From Myxococcota bacterium (GTDB lineage: Bacteria; Myxococcota_A; UBA9160; UBA6930), in contig OZ245015.1 in the NCBI GenBank assembly GCA_965223705.1, positions 2,208,001 through 2,272,000 on the forward strand: a stretch of DNA of 64,000 nt. The letters run 5' to 3'. Position 1 is the stretch's first letter. Each line of letters begins with the position of its first letter. Under the pieces are notes generated by a model that searched no databases, was not told where the DNA came from, and was given only the letters and a program-made list of their open reading frames with translations. Positions 18,729 to 28,783 of this stretch are shown one piece after another. Both the position numbers and the translations under genes were made by a program.

Positions 18729-20062
18729 TCGAGGCGCGTCGGTCGGAGCTCGATGAAGCTTCCGCTGTCGACCCACAGGAGGACGGACCCGTCGGCCAGC
18801 TGGACCAGGTCGCGGATCCGCTCGCCGATCGGGATAGCCTCCGAGAGCGCGACCCGGTCTTCGATCATGCGCAGCCGGAAGAGCGAGCGTCCGACCAGAG
18901 AGGCGACGAGGAGGTCGCCATCCCAAGCTTCCGGTTCGCGCTGGATCTGGATGACGTTCGAGACGCCGATCGACGGAGTCCATGCATAGACCGGCTGCGC
19001 GAACCCGTCGTGTCGACCCTGCCGGCGATTCAACGGCCACTCGAGCTTGCCGTAGTCGGTGCCGAGCGTGACGACCGGCCATCCGTAGTTTCCGCCGGAG
19101 ACGATCGCGTTCAGCTCGTCGCCGCCTTCGGGGCCGTGATCGGTGGCCCAGAGATTCCCGTCCCGGTCGAAGGTCAGGCCCTGCGGGTTGCGCAAACCCA
19201 TCGCGTGTACGGTCACATCGCCTGAGTCCGGATCGATCCGCAGGATCTTGCCGTAGCTCGACGTCTCGTCCTGGCTGGCGATCCGCGGCACCGTCACGCC
19301 GTCGTAGCGCTGGTCTCCGGTGCCTACGAGCAGCTTCCCGTCGGACGCGACGACGATCCGCCCCCCGGAATGGTCTGTGTTGAAGGGAGAGGGGTCGGCC
19401 GGATCGAACCCGATCCGCGGCCAGCTGTCGAAGACGACATCCCAGGCACGCGGTTCTGCGGTGAGCCGGCCCACCAGCAGCGTTCCGACGTCGGGAATGA
19501 GTAGCCGCGAGATGCGGAGCGACTTCTCCGCCGTGTCCGCGTGCCAGAACTGATGGGCGACAAACAAGTCGAGCCCGGCAGCGGTCTCACGGGCTGCGAT
19601 GCCCGCCACGCGCATGGTGACCGCGAGCCGCGCTCGGAGGGATTCTTCGGGAACGACGCGGGACACGTGCTCGAGAAAGGCCTGCCGGTTCGAATCGAGC
19701 CCGAGGTCGATCCGGCGGATCTCGCCCCCGCCCCGATAGACGAAGAACGTGCCGGCCCGGTCGACGCCCAGCACGGCATTCCGCACGCGTACCAAGCCGC
19801 CGCCGCGCCCCAGCAGGGCATCGGAGTCCGCTCCGGTGTAGGTCCTCGTCTCGAGCCGCAGAACGCTGGTCGCGATCGTCTGCGGACGGTCTGGCCGCTC
19901 CGGACCCTGCGGAAACAGGAGGCGCTCCGCCGCCCCGAGCTGGTGGTAGGGAAAGATTCGTTGGGTGATTACGAGCGCGCTGTAGAGCCCACCCAGGAGG
20001 AAGGCGGCCGCGACCGCTGCGCACCATCGCAATCGGCGGGTTCGGTGGCTGATGTCGGTCAC
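18725..20062 (-). CDS. PQQ-dependent sugar dehydrogenase (GSDH/YliI-like)
   Basis: HSGGRI, GKILRI, GLRNPQG, TDHGPEGGDELN, GGNYGWP. Confidence 0.88.
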   Translation of the reverse strand: MTDISHRTRRLRWCAAVAAAFLLGGLYSALVITQRIFPYHQLGAAERLLFPQGPERPDRPQTIATSVLRLETRTYTGADSDALLGRGGGLVRVRNAVLGVDRAGTFFVYRGGGEIRRIDLGLDSNRQAFLEHVSRVVPEESLRARLAVTMRVAGIAARETAAGLDLFVAHQFWHADTAEKSLRISRLLIPDVGTLLVGRLTAEPRAWDVVFDSWPRIGFDPADPSPFNTDHSGGRIVVASDGKLLVGTGDQRYDGVTVPRIASQDETSSYGKILRIDPDSGDVTVHAMGLRNPQGLTFDRDGNLWATDHGPEGGDELNAIVSGGNYGWPVVTLGTDYGKLEWPLNRRQGRHDGFAQPVYAWTPSIGVSNVIQIQREPEAWDGDLLVASLVGRSLFRLRMIEDRVALSEAIPIGERIRDLVQLADGSVLLWVDSGSFIELRPTRLD

Positions 20063-20161
20063 GCGCGGACCTCGAGATGCGATGGTGAGCGATGCCCAGG
20101 TGCAGCGAGCGTAAGGGAGAACCCAGGGCGGCGCCCAGTGCGTGGACTGCTCCGCGCGCGC

Positions 20162-21391
20162 TCATTGTCCGCCGCGTTTGAGAAGTTCCTTCAGCTTCTG
20201 GCCCGGGTCCGTCAGTTGCTCGGGGTCGATTCGTGCGCCTGTAGCAAGCAACTTTCGAACGGCTCGCATATCAGACCCGGAATTCGAGGCCACGGCCCCG
20301 CACAGTTCGCCGCCACGAAAATAGGCGGCCAACCAGCGTCCACTCTGACGCTCGCCTCGGTAGTACACGTCATCCTCGTCCGTTGGAAAGCCTGCCATCT
20401 GCAGGTTGACGTCGTACTGATCCGACCAGAACCACGGCACTTCTCGGTAGGCTTCGGGCTGTCCGCACAGGGTCCTGGCCGCGCATACGGATTGATTCTG
20501 TGCGACCTGCCAGGATTCGAGGCGTACGGGTTTCGGCGCCATGGGACTCGGGTGCCGGGTCACTTCGCCCGCAGCGAAGATGTCGGTCACCCCGGTCTCA
20601 CCGTATTCGTTGACGCCGATACCGTTCGAAAGATCGATCCCGGCACCCGCCGCGAATTCCGTGTTTGGAACGCCGCCGACACTCACCAGGGCGAAGGGCG
20701 TCGGAAAGTACTCACCTGTGTCGAGACGTACCCCTTCGAGACGATCGGCGCCGTCAAAGGACGCCACGTTGACCCCGCAACGAACCTCCACGCCGGAGTT
20801 TCGGTGGAGCGCGGCGAGGTAACCTCCGATCTCCGTGGGCAGAACCCGTTGTAGAACTTCCCCTTCCCGTTCGAGGACCGTGACCTCGAGCCCGCATCGC
20901 CGTGCACTCGCCGCAACCTCGAGGCCGAGGAATCCCCCGCCGACGACCACCAGACGCGATTCACTTCGCAACCGTTCGCGTATGCCGGCCGCGTCGCTCA
21001 TGTCGCGCAGAGTAAACACGCCCTCGAGCGTGATACCGGGAAGATCCAACGTTCGAGCCCGGGAGCCCGTCGCGAGGAGTAGACGGTCGTAAGACAGCTC
21101 GACCCCGTCGTCGCACTCGAGGCGATGCCGAGCGGGTTCGATTTTAGCGACGCGCGCCCCCATCCGAAGGTCGATGCGCTCACTCGAGAAGAACTCCGGG
21201 GGAAGGACATGGCTCGGTGGGTGCGAACCGTCGCTCGTCAGGAACTCCTTCGAAAGCGGAGGCCGCTCGTAGGGAGTGGTCCGCTCATCGCCGATCAGTT
21301 TGATGGGACCTTCGTATCCCGCGCCTCGCATCGCCTGCGCCGCGCGCGCTCCGGCCTGCCCCGCCCCGACAATGACGAATCCCGCGTTCAT
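20162..21391 (-). CDS. Ferredoxin--NAD(P)+ reductase (GR-type, oxygenase component)
   Basis: GAGQAG, PYERPPLSK, GGGFLGLE, PWFWSDQY; GGGAGG RBS. Confidence 0.92.
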   Translation of the reverse strand: MNAGFVIVGAGQAGARAAQAMRGAGYEGPIKLIGDERTTPYERPPLSKEFLTSDGSHPPSHVLPPEFFSSERIDLRMGARVAKIEPARHRLECDDGVELSYDRLLLATGSRARTLDLPGITLEGVFTLRDMSDAAGIRERLRSESRLVVVGGGFLGLEVAASARRCGLEVTVLEREGEVLQRVLPTEIGGYLAALHRNSGVEVRCGVNVASFDGADRLEGVRLDTGEYFPTPFALVSVGGVPNTEFAAGAGIDLSNGIGVNEYGETGVTDIFAAGEVTRHPSPMAPKPVRLESWQVAQNQSVCAARTLCGQPEAYREVPWFWSDQYDVNLQMAGFPTDEDDVYYRGERQSGRWLAAYFRGGELCGAVASNSGSDMRAVRKLLATGARIDPEQLTDPGQKLKELLKRGGQ

Positions 21392-21445
21392 GTGGTGTCC
21401 TCCCGATCGATGAAGGAAGTGTCGAGTCTCAAGGCCGGCACGCGC

Positions 21446-21487
21446 TACACGAAAATGGGTAGCCAAGTGACCCACCCATTTGGGTGG
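21446..21487. promoter_or_regulatory. Tandem NarL/LuxR-type 7-2-7 operator pair
   Basis: TACACGA-AA-ATGGGTA (21446) and CCACCCA-TT-TGGGTGG (21472), 26 bp apart. Confidence 0.6.
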
Positions 21488-21542
21488 GTGGCAAGCGAGT
21501 CGACGCAAGGTAGTCTCGAGCGAACCGCCACGCGGGGCTTTG

Positions 21543-23174
21543 ATGACGGACTCCCTGCCCGAAACAAGCCATGGGATGGCGTCTCGAGTGGAGCGTTACG
21601 CCTGGGAGACGACGGCACTCGGACCCTCCTCAGATTGGTCGGCAGCACTCCGAACTGCAGTCGATTTGTGTCTCGGCTCTCGTCTATGCGGTTGCATCTA
21701 CTGGGGAGAGGAGCAGCTCATCCTCTACAACGACGCCTATGCATCGATCCTCGGCACGAAACATCCGTGGGCGTTGGGACGGCCTGCGGCTCTGGTGTGG
21801 CCTGAGATCTTCCACGAGATTGGCCCGTTGCTCCGCCATACGTTCGCCACCGGCGAAACGACAGGGGACGACGACGCCCCGTTGTTCCTGAACCGCTCCG
21901 GTTATGTGGAAGAGTTCTACTGTTCCTTCAGCTATACCTCGCTCGTCAACGAGCGAGGCGAAGTCGAAGCGGTGTGCGCCACGCTCCCCGAAACCTCGGC
22001 ACAAGTCATTGGTGAACGTCGACTCCGCACGCTCGAGCAGCTGGCGTCGGGTGCACGCGATGCCCGATCGGCGCGAGAAGCGATGGCGGTTGCTGCAAAG
22101 ATCACCCAAGAAAACCTGTTCGACATTCCCTTCGCGACGTTTTACCTATGGAACGTCTCAAAGAGCGAAGCCCAGCTCTGTGCGACCTCTGGCGTGGATG
22201 CGAATCGGCCCTTCGCATGGCCGTCCATCCGCCGCGGTGCTGAGGGTATGGCGGGGGTCCTGGCGGATCTCGCACGTCGAGCCTCGGTCTCGGGTGACAC
22301 CGAGCGTTTCGACTTGCCACGCGACGCGATCGACGTTCCAAAGGGCGCTTGGGAAGTCCCACCGAACTCGCTCGTCGTGTTGCCGATCTGCGCTGTGCGG
22401 GACGGGGAGCCTTCTGGCTTTGTGTTGACAGGCGTGAGTCCCCACAAACGACTCGATTCCGAGTACCTAGGCTTCTTCCAGATGCTTCGCGACCAGGTGT
22501 CGGCCGCGGTTTCGGAAGCGCACTCTCACTCGCAACAAGAGTCCCGCGCGCGCCACGACGAACGGCTCAGGCTGGCGCGCGAACTTCACGATACGCTCCT
22601 TCAAAGCGTGCAAGGGATGCGCTTCCTGATCGAAGCCGGTGTGGCGAAGGCCGACTCGGACCTTCCCGGATCGCTCGCTTACTTCGACCGGGCGCTCGAC
22701 GCATCGATTCGCGCCGTGGACGAAGGGCGCGAGGTCCTGGCCCTCCTCCGCGCTCCACAACCTCCGAGCGAACTCGAGCTTCCGGCAGCGCTCGAGCGAT
22801 TGGGACGCGACCTGCTCGGGGGGGCGGCGCCGCGTTTTCGGTTCGCCGTGCGAGGCGAGCCGCGTGAACTCGACCCGGCCGAACGGGACGAAGTGTTGGC
22901 GGTGTGTCGCGAGTCGATCGCGAATGCCCTCCACCACGCGTCTGCAGGCGTGATCTCCCTCGAGCTCGAGTTTTCGGATCGGATCCGGATCGAAGTCTCG
23001 GACGACGGGACCGGGATGCCCGCCGAGGTCGCCGCGCTCGGAAGGCGAGGACACTATGGCCTCGCAGGTATGCGAGAACGCGCAGAGGGCATTGGCGCAG
23101 AACTCATCATCGCGTCACAGCCGGGCGCGGGTACACGCGTCACCCTGAGGCTACCCAGGCGGGCAAACGACTGA
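21543..23174 (+). CDS. Cytoplasmic sensor histidine kinase (PAS-like + GAF-like + HisKA_3 + HATPase)
   Basis: YNDAY..KHPWALG..VWPEI; RLARELHDTLLQ; DDGTG; GLAGMRERA; no TM. Confidence 0.9.
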   Translation: MTDSLPETSHGMASRVERYAWETTALGPSSDWSAALRTAVDLCLGSRLCGCIYWGEEQLILYNDAYASILGTKHPWALGRPAALVWPEIFHEIGPLLRHTFATGETTGDDDAPLFLNRSGYVEEFYCSFSYTSLVNERGEVEAVCATLPETSAQVIGERRLRTLEQLASGARDARSAREAMAVAAKITQENLFDIPFATFYLWNVSKSEAQLCATSGVDANRPFAWPSIRRGAEGMAGVLADLARRASVSGDTERFDLPRDAIDVPKGAWEVPPNSLVVLPICAVRDGEPSGFVLTGVSPHKRLDSEYLGFFQMLRDQVSAAVSEAHSHSQQESRARHDERLRLARELHDTLLQSVQGMRFLIEAGVAKADSDLPGSLAYFDRALDASIRAVDEGREVLALLRAPQPPSELELPAALERLGRDLLGGAAPRFRFAVRGEPRELDPAERDEVLAVCRESIANALHHASAGVISLELEFSDRIRIEVSDDGTGMPAEVAALGRRGHYGLAGMRERAEGIGAELIIASQPGAGTRVTLRLPRRAND

Positions 23175-23176
23175 AG

Positions 23177-23806
23177 ATGACTACCTCACAACCGATTCGC
23201 GTCCTCTGTGTCGACGACCACCCGGTGGTCCTGCAGGGAATCTCCGCCGTGTTGTCGACCGATCCGTCTTTCGAGGTCGTGGCCGTGGCGACCAGTGGAG
23301 AGGAGGCGGTCGATGCGTTTCGCCAGCATGCGCCCGACGTCACGCTCCTCGATTTACACCTTCCGGGGATGTCGGGTGTGGATACCATCGTCGAGATTCG
23401 AAACCGCGCCCCGGACGCAAAGATTGTCATGCTGACGACAGAAGCCGGCGACGCGCAGATCCAGCGAAGCCTCAACGCCGGTGCGATGGCGTACGTGTTG
23501 AAAGACGTGGCCATGGCCGAACTCTTTGACATCCTCCGCGCAGTCAACGCAGGCGAGCGTCGTATCCCGGGCGCCGTCGCCGCAGAGGTCGCTTCCCACA
23601 TCACCGACGCACCGCTCACTTACCGCGAGACACAGATCACCCGACTGATCGCAAACGGAATGCGGAACAAGGCCATTGCCGCGGAGCTGTCGATCTCGGA
23701 CGAGACCGTCAAGATGCACGTCAAGAATCTGATGGCCAAGCTCGGTGCCCGCGACCGTACGCACGCCGTGACGATCGCCATCCGTCGCGGCTTCATCAGC
23801 CTCTAG
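23177..23806 (+). CDS. NarL/LuxR-family response regulator
   Basis: VDDHP, LLDLHLP, LTYRE..NKAIA..TVKMH HTH. Confidence 0.94.
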   Translation: MTTSQPIRVLCVDDHPVVLQGISAVLSTDPSFEVVAVATSGEEAVDAFRQHAPDVTLLDLHLPGMSGVDTIVEIRNRAPDAKIVMLTTEAGDAQIQRSLNAGAMAYVLKDVAMAELFDILRAVNAGERRIPGAVAAEVASHITDAPLTYRETQITRLIANGMRNKAIAAELSISDETVKMHVKNLMAKLGARDRTHAVTIAIRRGFISL

Positions 23807-23828
23807 CTCAGGTTCACTCGAAACCGGC

Positions 23829-23870
23829 TTCCCCATCTGGGGAATTCACGACCCTCCCCGTCCGCGGGTA
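23829..23870. promoter_or_regulatory. Tandem NarL/LuxR-type 7-2-7 operator pair
   Basis: TTCCCCA-TC-TGGGGAA (23829) and TCCCCGT-CC-GCGGGTA (23855), 26 bp apart. Confidence 0.6.
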
Positions 23871-23945
23871 GCGGCCCGAGGCATATTCGACCGAGCCTTT
23901 GAGGGCGGCGAACCACGGCCACCAAAACGGCCTACGAGGGAAATC

Positions 23946-25109
23946 ATGTCCAAGACCGAGACGAATGGAAGCCTACCCTACGACCCCAAGACGATCGGCT
24001 ACAGCGTCCTGAAAGACGCGCCGGACGTCGCGAAAACCCACAAGAAGGGAGAGGTCTACTTCTCCGATGACATCATGCGTCGTGAAGTCAACGAGATCTT
24101 CATGAAGCAGTGGGTGTTGGTGGGACGCGCCGAGGAGGTTGAGAACCCCGGCGACTACTTCACCCATCGGATCGCGGACGAACCCATCGTCGTCGTGAAG
24201 GAGCGAAACGGAACGATCCAGACCTTCGCCAACGTGTGCCGCCATCGCGGGGTGCAGGTGGCGTGGAACTCCGGAAACGCCAAGTACTTTACGTGCCCAT
24301 ATCACGGCTGGGTCTACAACACGAGCGGCAAGCTCGTCGACGCCCAGTACCTCGACAAAACCAAGAACTTCGACAAGAGCAAGTGTGAGCTTCCCCGCAT
24401 CCGAACGGAACAGTGGGAAGGTTTCATCTTCATCAACTTCGATCCGAACGCCGAGCCGTTGATGGAGCACCTCGAGCGCTGCGACTTCCCTCGGATCTAC
24501 GGCCCGTATCAAATGGGCCGACTCAAACTGGCCAACAAGTTCGAGTTGAAGATCGACTGCAATTGGAAATTCTTGAACGAGAACCTCACGGACATCTACC
24601 ACATCGCCGTTCTGCACAGCGGAACCTTCGGACCGTACCAGCCACTTGAGGGCTACCGCTACGAAGTCTTCGATGGCGGCTATCACGGGCGCTTCGAGGG
24701 CGGGACGCTCGCCCCGGACGGCAAGTCCCTGTTCGGACCGATGCCCTGGTTGCCCGAGGGACTCCACAGCGGCGGCTTCTCGAGTCATCTGCCTCCGAAC
24801 GTCGCGTGGTTCCCTCGCTTCGACTACGTCTCGATCAATACGAACTGGCCGATCACGGCGGAGACAAGCCTGTCGATCACCTACCAGTTGTTTCCGGAGG
24901 AGCATTTCGAACAGCCCGACTTCGAAGAAAAGGCGCAGGAGTATGTGAATTTCTACAAGGCTTTTATGGACGAAGACACGGAGATGATTCGCGCGCTGCA
25001 GAAAGGCATGCGATCCCGCTACTACGAGCCGGGTCCGGTGTCGTCTTTCGAAGAGGGCGGCGTGATGGGCACGATCAAGCACAGCATCGAGGATCTCGGC
25101 CATGACTAG
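23946..25109 (+). CDS. Rieske non-heme iron oxygenase alpha subunit
   Basis: CRHRG...CPYHGW Rieske motif; ENLTDIYHIAVLH...ED mononuclear Fe site. Confidence 0.93.
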   Translation: MSKTETNGSLPYDPKTIGYSVLKDAPDVAKTHKKGEVYFSDDIMRREVNEIFMKQWVLVGRAEEVENPGDYFTHRIADEPIVVVKERNGTIQTFANVCRHRGVQVAWNSGNAKYFTCPYHGWVYNTSGKLVDAQYLDKTKNFDKSKCELPRIRTEQWEGFIFINFDPNAEPLMEHLERCDFPRIYGPYQMGRLKLANKFELKIDCNWKFLNENLTDIYHIAVLHSGTFGPYQPLEGYRYEVFDGGYHGRFEGGTLAPDGKSLFGPMPWLPEGLHSGGFSSHLPPNVAWFPRFDYVSINTNWPITAETSLSITYQLFPEEHFEQPDFEEKAQEYVNFYKAFMDEDTEMIRALQKGMRSRYYEPGPVSSFEEGGVMGTIKHSIEDLGHD

Positions 25110-26145
25110 CCGAACCGTGGGTCCGGATCTCGCGCGGGCGGCGCTCGCTCTGGTGCGCGACATGATGTGCATTGTCGAGGGGGAGCACGTTCTCGTCACG
25201 GCGGACACGGGGACCGAGAGCAGCGCGATCGACGCGATCGTCAACGCCTCGCACAGTCTGGGGGCACGCGTCGCCGTTGCGACCCTGGCGCCACCTCTCC
25301 CTTTCCAGGGAGGCCTTGCGAATCCATACATGCCCGATCCCGTGAGCGCCGCCGCGCAGAACTGTGACGCGTGGATCGATTTGTGTATGCCCTACATCGC
25401 GGGCGCAGCGGTCTATGACCAAGCGATGAAGAACGGCAGAACCCGCTATTTCCTCGGCGCCGATATCGGCGCCGACGGAATCGTACGCATTTTCGGCCGG
25501 GCGGATCTCGATCAGGTGTTCGAGGTATCCGATGTCTTCAACGATCTGCTGGCACGATCCGCGGGCTCACAGTGCCGGTTCACCACGCCACTCGGCACGG
25601 ATGTAACCTTTCAGCTCGCCGCGCCCGAAGGGCTCGCTATCGAACGCGCTGCCAGACCGGGAGGCTACTTCGTGCCCGGCACGGTCATGGTGATCCCCGA
25701 ACTCGACACGGTGAAGGGCACCGTCGTGTGCGAGTCCACCTTCCATGAGTACTACACGCCTCTCGAGGAGCCCTACCGCTTCGAGGTCGACGGTGTGATC
25801 CGTTCGGTCACCGGGGGAGGCACGGAACTCGCCGCCATCGACCGTTCCTTGAGACGAGCGGGGAACGGCGATTACGGCAATATCGTCCACTTCACTTGCG
25901 GCTATCACCCGGCGGCGCGGTTCACCGGACGGTCGTTCATCGAGGATCAACGTGTCATCGGATGCAACGCCGTCGGTCTCGGGCTGCCGCAGTGGGTCGA
26001 CGGCGGGGGGGAGAACCATCCCGACTGCGTCATGAGAGAACAGTCATTTTGGATCGGAGCCGAGCAGATCATCGACCGCGGGCGAATCATCGCTCCCGCA
26101 GAATTGAGAATGGCGACCGAGAAGCTGCAGCTCGTCTACGGGTAG
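25102..26145 (+). CDS. NicX (2,5-dihydroxypyridine dioxygenase)/aminopeptidase-T-like protein
   Basis: GEHVLVTADT, TPLGTDVTF, IVHFTCGYHP, NHPDCV (His...His-x-Asp); overlaps Rieske stop. Confidence 0.65.
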   Translation: MTSRTVGPDLARAALALVRDMMCIVEGEHVLVTADTGTESSAIDAIVNASHSLGARVAVATLAPPLPFQGGLANPYMPDPVSAAAQNCDAWIDLCMPYIAGAAVYDQAMKNGRTRYFLGADIGADGIVRIFGRADLDQVFEVSDVFNDLLARSAGSQCRFTTPLGTDVTFQLAAPEGLAIERAARPGGYFVPGTVMVIPELDTVKGTVVCESTFHEYYTPLEEPYRFEVDGVIRSVTGGGTELAAIDRSLRRAGNGDYGNIVHFTCGYHPAARFTGRSFIEDQRVIGCNAVGLGLPQWVDGGGENHPDCVMREQSFWIGAEQIIDRGRIIAPAELRMATEKLQLVYG

Positions 26146-26164
26146 CCAGTCCGCAACTCGGTCC

Positions 26165-27166
26165 TCAGGCGTCGCGTCGCCTACCGTGCCGCTCGGCTTC
26201 GGCCACCATGGCCTCGACCTCGGCGAGCGGAAGCGATCCGGGTTCGCGCCGGTCTCTCGCCATCCGGTTGGCGAGGAGTCGCAGGGATTCGTTGACCGGC
26301 GTCTCGACGCCATGGAGGCGGCCGAGCATCACGACTTCGCCGTTCAGAAAGTCCGCTTCGATCGAGCCCGTGCGGCGCGCGAGGCTCTGCCAGGAGGAGC
26401 TGCCGAAACGTTTTTCTCCGGCGAGAGACTCCGTCGCGAAGCCTTCGCGACGCGCGGCCTCTTCGTCGGCCGTCGCGACGTCGATGCCCGCGGCGCGGAA
26501 CGCGGCGAGCGCTTCCTCGGACGCTCGCTTTCCGAGATCGGAACCGCGCGCCTCCCAACCGCAAGCCGCGTCGAGCGCGTTGCGCGCGTTGGTACGGAGC
26601 TTCGCGTATTTGAAGCGCATGATCGCCTCGTTGACTTCGGACCGGAAGCCCGATTCGGACAGCGCGCCCGCCAGCTGTTCCGCACACTCGCTCCCACCGG
26701 ACGGGTAGCGCCCGAGATCGAGGATCCCGAGAATCGGCTTGCCGAAAGCCATGACCACGCCGGGTTCCAGGTGCGTGCCGGGCAGGTAGACGCACATACC
26801 GCAGACGTTCGCGAAATGGCGCAGTGCCTGGCGTTCGTTGTCGACGCCGTTCTGCGCGCAGACGATCGACAGTTCGGGTGGGGCTTCGGCGACGAGGGCG
26901 TCGAGCGCATCTCGGGTGTGGTGCGATTTCACCGCCAGAATGACCGTGTCTTCGACACATAGATCCAGGCGAGCCGGCCGCTCCGCGGCTTCGAGCTTGA
27001 TTCGCTCCGTTCCGCCGTGGTGGCGGAACTCGAGGCCTCGGCTCTCGATGGCTTTCAAATGGTCGCCGCGTGCGATAACGGCCACGCGATGCCCGGACCG
27101 AGCCAAACCCGCGGCGATGACACCTCCGACGCCGCCGGCCCCGTAAACGACAAATCGCTTCGTCAC
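26165..27166 (-). CDS. Ketopantoate reductase family protein
   Basis: GAGGVGG, LAVKS, AQNGV, SSWQSL, EADFLNGE. Confidence 0.88.
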   Translation of the reverse strand: MTKRFVVYGAGGVGGVIAAGLARSGHRVAVIARGDHLKAIESRGLEFRHHGGTERIKLEAAERPARLDLCVEDTVILAVKSHHTRDALDALVAEAPPELSIVCAQNGVDNERQALRHFANVCGMCVYLPGTHLEPGVVMAFGKPILGILDLGRYPSGGSECAEQLAGALSESGFRSEVNEAIMRFKYAKLRTNARNALDAACGWEARGSDLGKRASEEALAAFRAAGIDVATADEEAARREGFATESLAGEKRFGSSSWQSLARRTGSIEADFLNGEVVMLGRLHGVETPVNESLRLLANRMARDRREPGSLPLAEVEAMVAEAERHGRRRDA

Positions 27167-27214
27167 GTCGGTGAGTGTGGCTCGTCGTGCGCGCGCAAGC
27201 CAGCCGAGGCCCCT

Positions 27215-28276
27215 CTAGAGGTGTCGGATCTTGGGCGCGACGTCGCTCGCGAATCGCGACATTGCCTCGAGGACTTCGCGGTGCGGGATGCGACCGCCTG
27301 GGTTGAACCAGCAGATCAGTTCATCCATTCCGAGCTTTTCGTGGAGCCCCGCAATGCGCTCGACGCACGTTTCGGGTGTGCCGAAGACCGCCATCGTCTC
27401 TTCGATCCCGTCTAGGGTGACGTTGGCGACACTCTCGTGGACTTTGTCGAGGTAGCGATACGAGTCGGAGTCATCCTTGGGTGGCCGCACAGCCCGCGCC
27501 ATGCCCAACACACTCTCGAAGTAGTGGTCGAGGCTGGGTGCAACACGCTGCCGTGCCTGGGATGCGTCGTCGCCCGGAGAGACGAAAAACATCGTTGCCA
27601 CGTCCGGGCGGGCTTCGCCCTTTTCCCCTTCTTGCCAAGCGGCGCGGTAGCGATCGATGTGTCCGAACATGCGCGGCAACGGGTTCGTGACGGACGCGAC
27701 GAAGATCGGGTAGCCCTCGCGGCCGGCGAACTCCACGGTGTCGGGTCCGTTCGCCGCGATGCGGATCGGCGGATGGGGCTTCTGCAGGGGCTTCGGGACG
27801 ACACACGTCTCCGGGATCTGGTGATAGCGACCGTCGTGAGAGAAGGAGTCCTTTGTCCAGGCCTGTTTGATGATCGCGAGCGCCTCTTCGAAGCGTTCGC
27901 GGCTCTCATCCCGGGATACGCCGTACCCGGCAAAATGGAGAGGGATGGCGCCACGGCCGACGCCAAACTCGAGCCTCCCGCCGCTCAGCAGATCCACGGT
28001 GGCCCCCTCCTCGGCGCTCCGCACGGGGTGCCAGAGCGGCAGGAGATTGACCGCGATTCCCAATCGGATGCGTTGCGTCTTCTGGGCGATGGCCGTCGCG
28101 ACGATAAGCGGCGCGGGCATGATGGAGAAGGGCTTGTAGAAGTGAAGCTCCGCGAGCCATGCGCAGTCGAAACCCAACGCCTCTCCGTGTTGCACTTGCT
28201 CGATCGTCTCGGCATAGCGCGCGGCGTCCGACTGGTCGTCGGAACAGGGGAGCTGATAGAAGAGGCTGAATCGCAC
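27215..28276 (-). CDS. LLM-class luciferase-like monooxygenase
   Basis: WLAELHF, HPVRSAEE, SGGRLEFGVGRG, PKPLQKPHPP. Confidence 0.92.
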   Translation of the reverse strand: MRFSLFYQLPCSDDQSDAARYAETIEQVQHGEALGFDCAWLAELHFYKPFSIMPAPLIVATAIAQKTQRIRLGIAVNLLPLWHPVRSAEEGATVDLLSGGRLEFGVGRGAIPLHFAGYGVSRDESRERFEEALAIIKQAWTKDSFSHDGRYHQIPETCVVPKPLQKPHPPIRIAANGPDTVEFAGREGYPIFVASVTNPLPRMFGHIDRYRAAWQEGEKGEARPDVATMFFVSPGDDASQARQRVAPSLDHYFESVLGMARAVRPPKDDSDSYRYLDKVHESVANVTLDGIEETMAVFGTPETCVERIAGLHEKLGMDELICWFNPGGRIPHREVLEAMSRFASDVAPKIRHL

Positions 28277-28367
28277 GGCCGCTCCTCCAGTGAGCGTGGG
28301 CTCGGAAAGCCTAACCGAAGCGAGGCTCGTCGTGGGGACCTGAGGCGCCTATCGTCTCAAAGCGAGC

Positions 28368-28700
28368 ATGCATCCCGGGACGGGACCGCTGCCGTGGAGT
28401 CGTGCTGTGAGAGATCATCGTCGCCGGTCCGTGGTTTTCGCGTGGCTGGCCCTCGCGCTACTCCCCCTGGCGCTCTTCGCGTGTGCCGCTTCGGGCACGA
28501 CGGTGCCGCTCGTCGCCTTCGAGAACAGCCTCGACGGAGATGAACCCCTCGATGACCCGCTGGCAACGCCGCGGGTGGAAACCGCCGGCCCGATCGCGAT
28601 TTGCGTGAGCGCTTCCGCGCCGAGCGCGGGCGTTTCGCGGGCCGTTCTTTTCGCGAGGGCGCGTCCCCGCTCGCCGCCCGCCATACGCTCTCGGTCGTAG
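28368..28700 (+). CDS. Small TM protein with C-terminal RSPP motif (candidate arrest uORF)
   Basis: RRR + hydrophobic helix, acidic linker, ends ARPRSPPAIRSRS; true start may be a downstream GTG. Confidence 0.55.
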   Translation: MHPGTGPLPWSRAVRDHRRRSVVFAWLALALLPLALFACAASGTTVPLVAFENSLDGDEPLDDPLATPRVETAGPIAICVSASAPSAGVSRAVLFARARPRSPPAIRSRS

Positions 28701-28783
28701 GCGCCGCCGAGCCACGGATGCTCGTCGGTTGAGCAAGGGGTTCGCGTCGCAGCCTCAACGGGTCACTGGCGCGCGAGGTCGGT

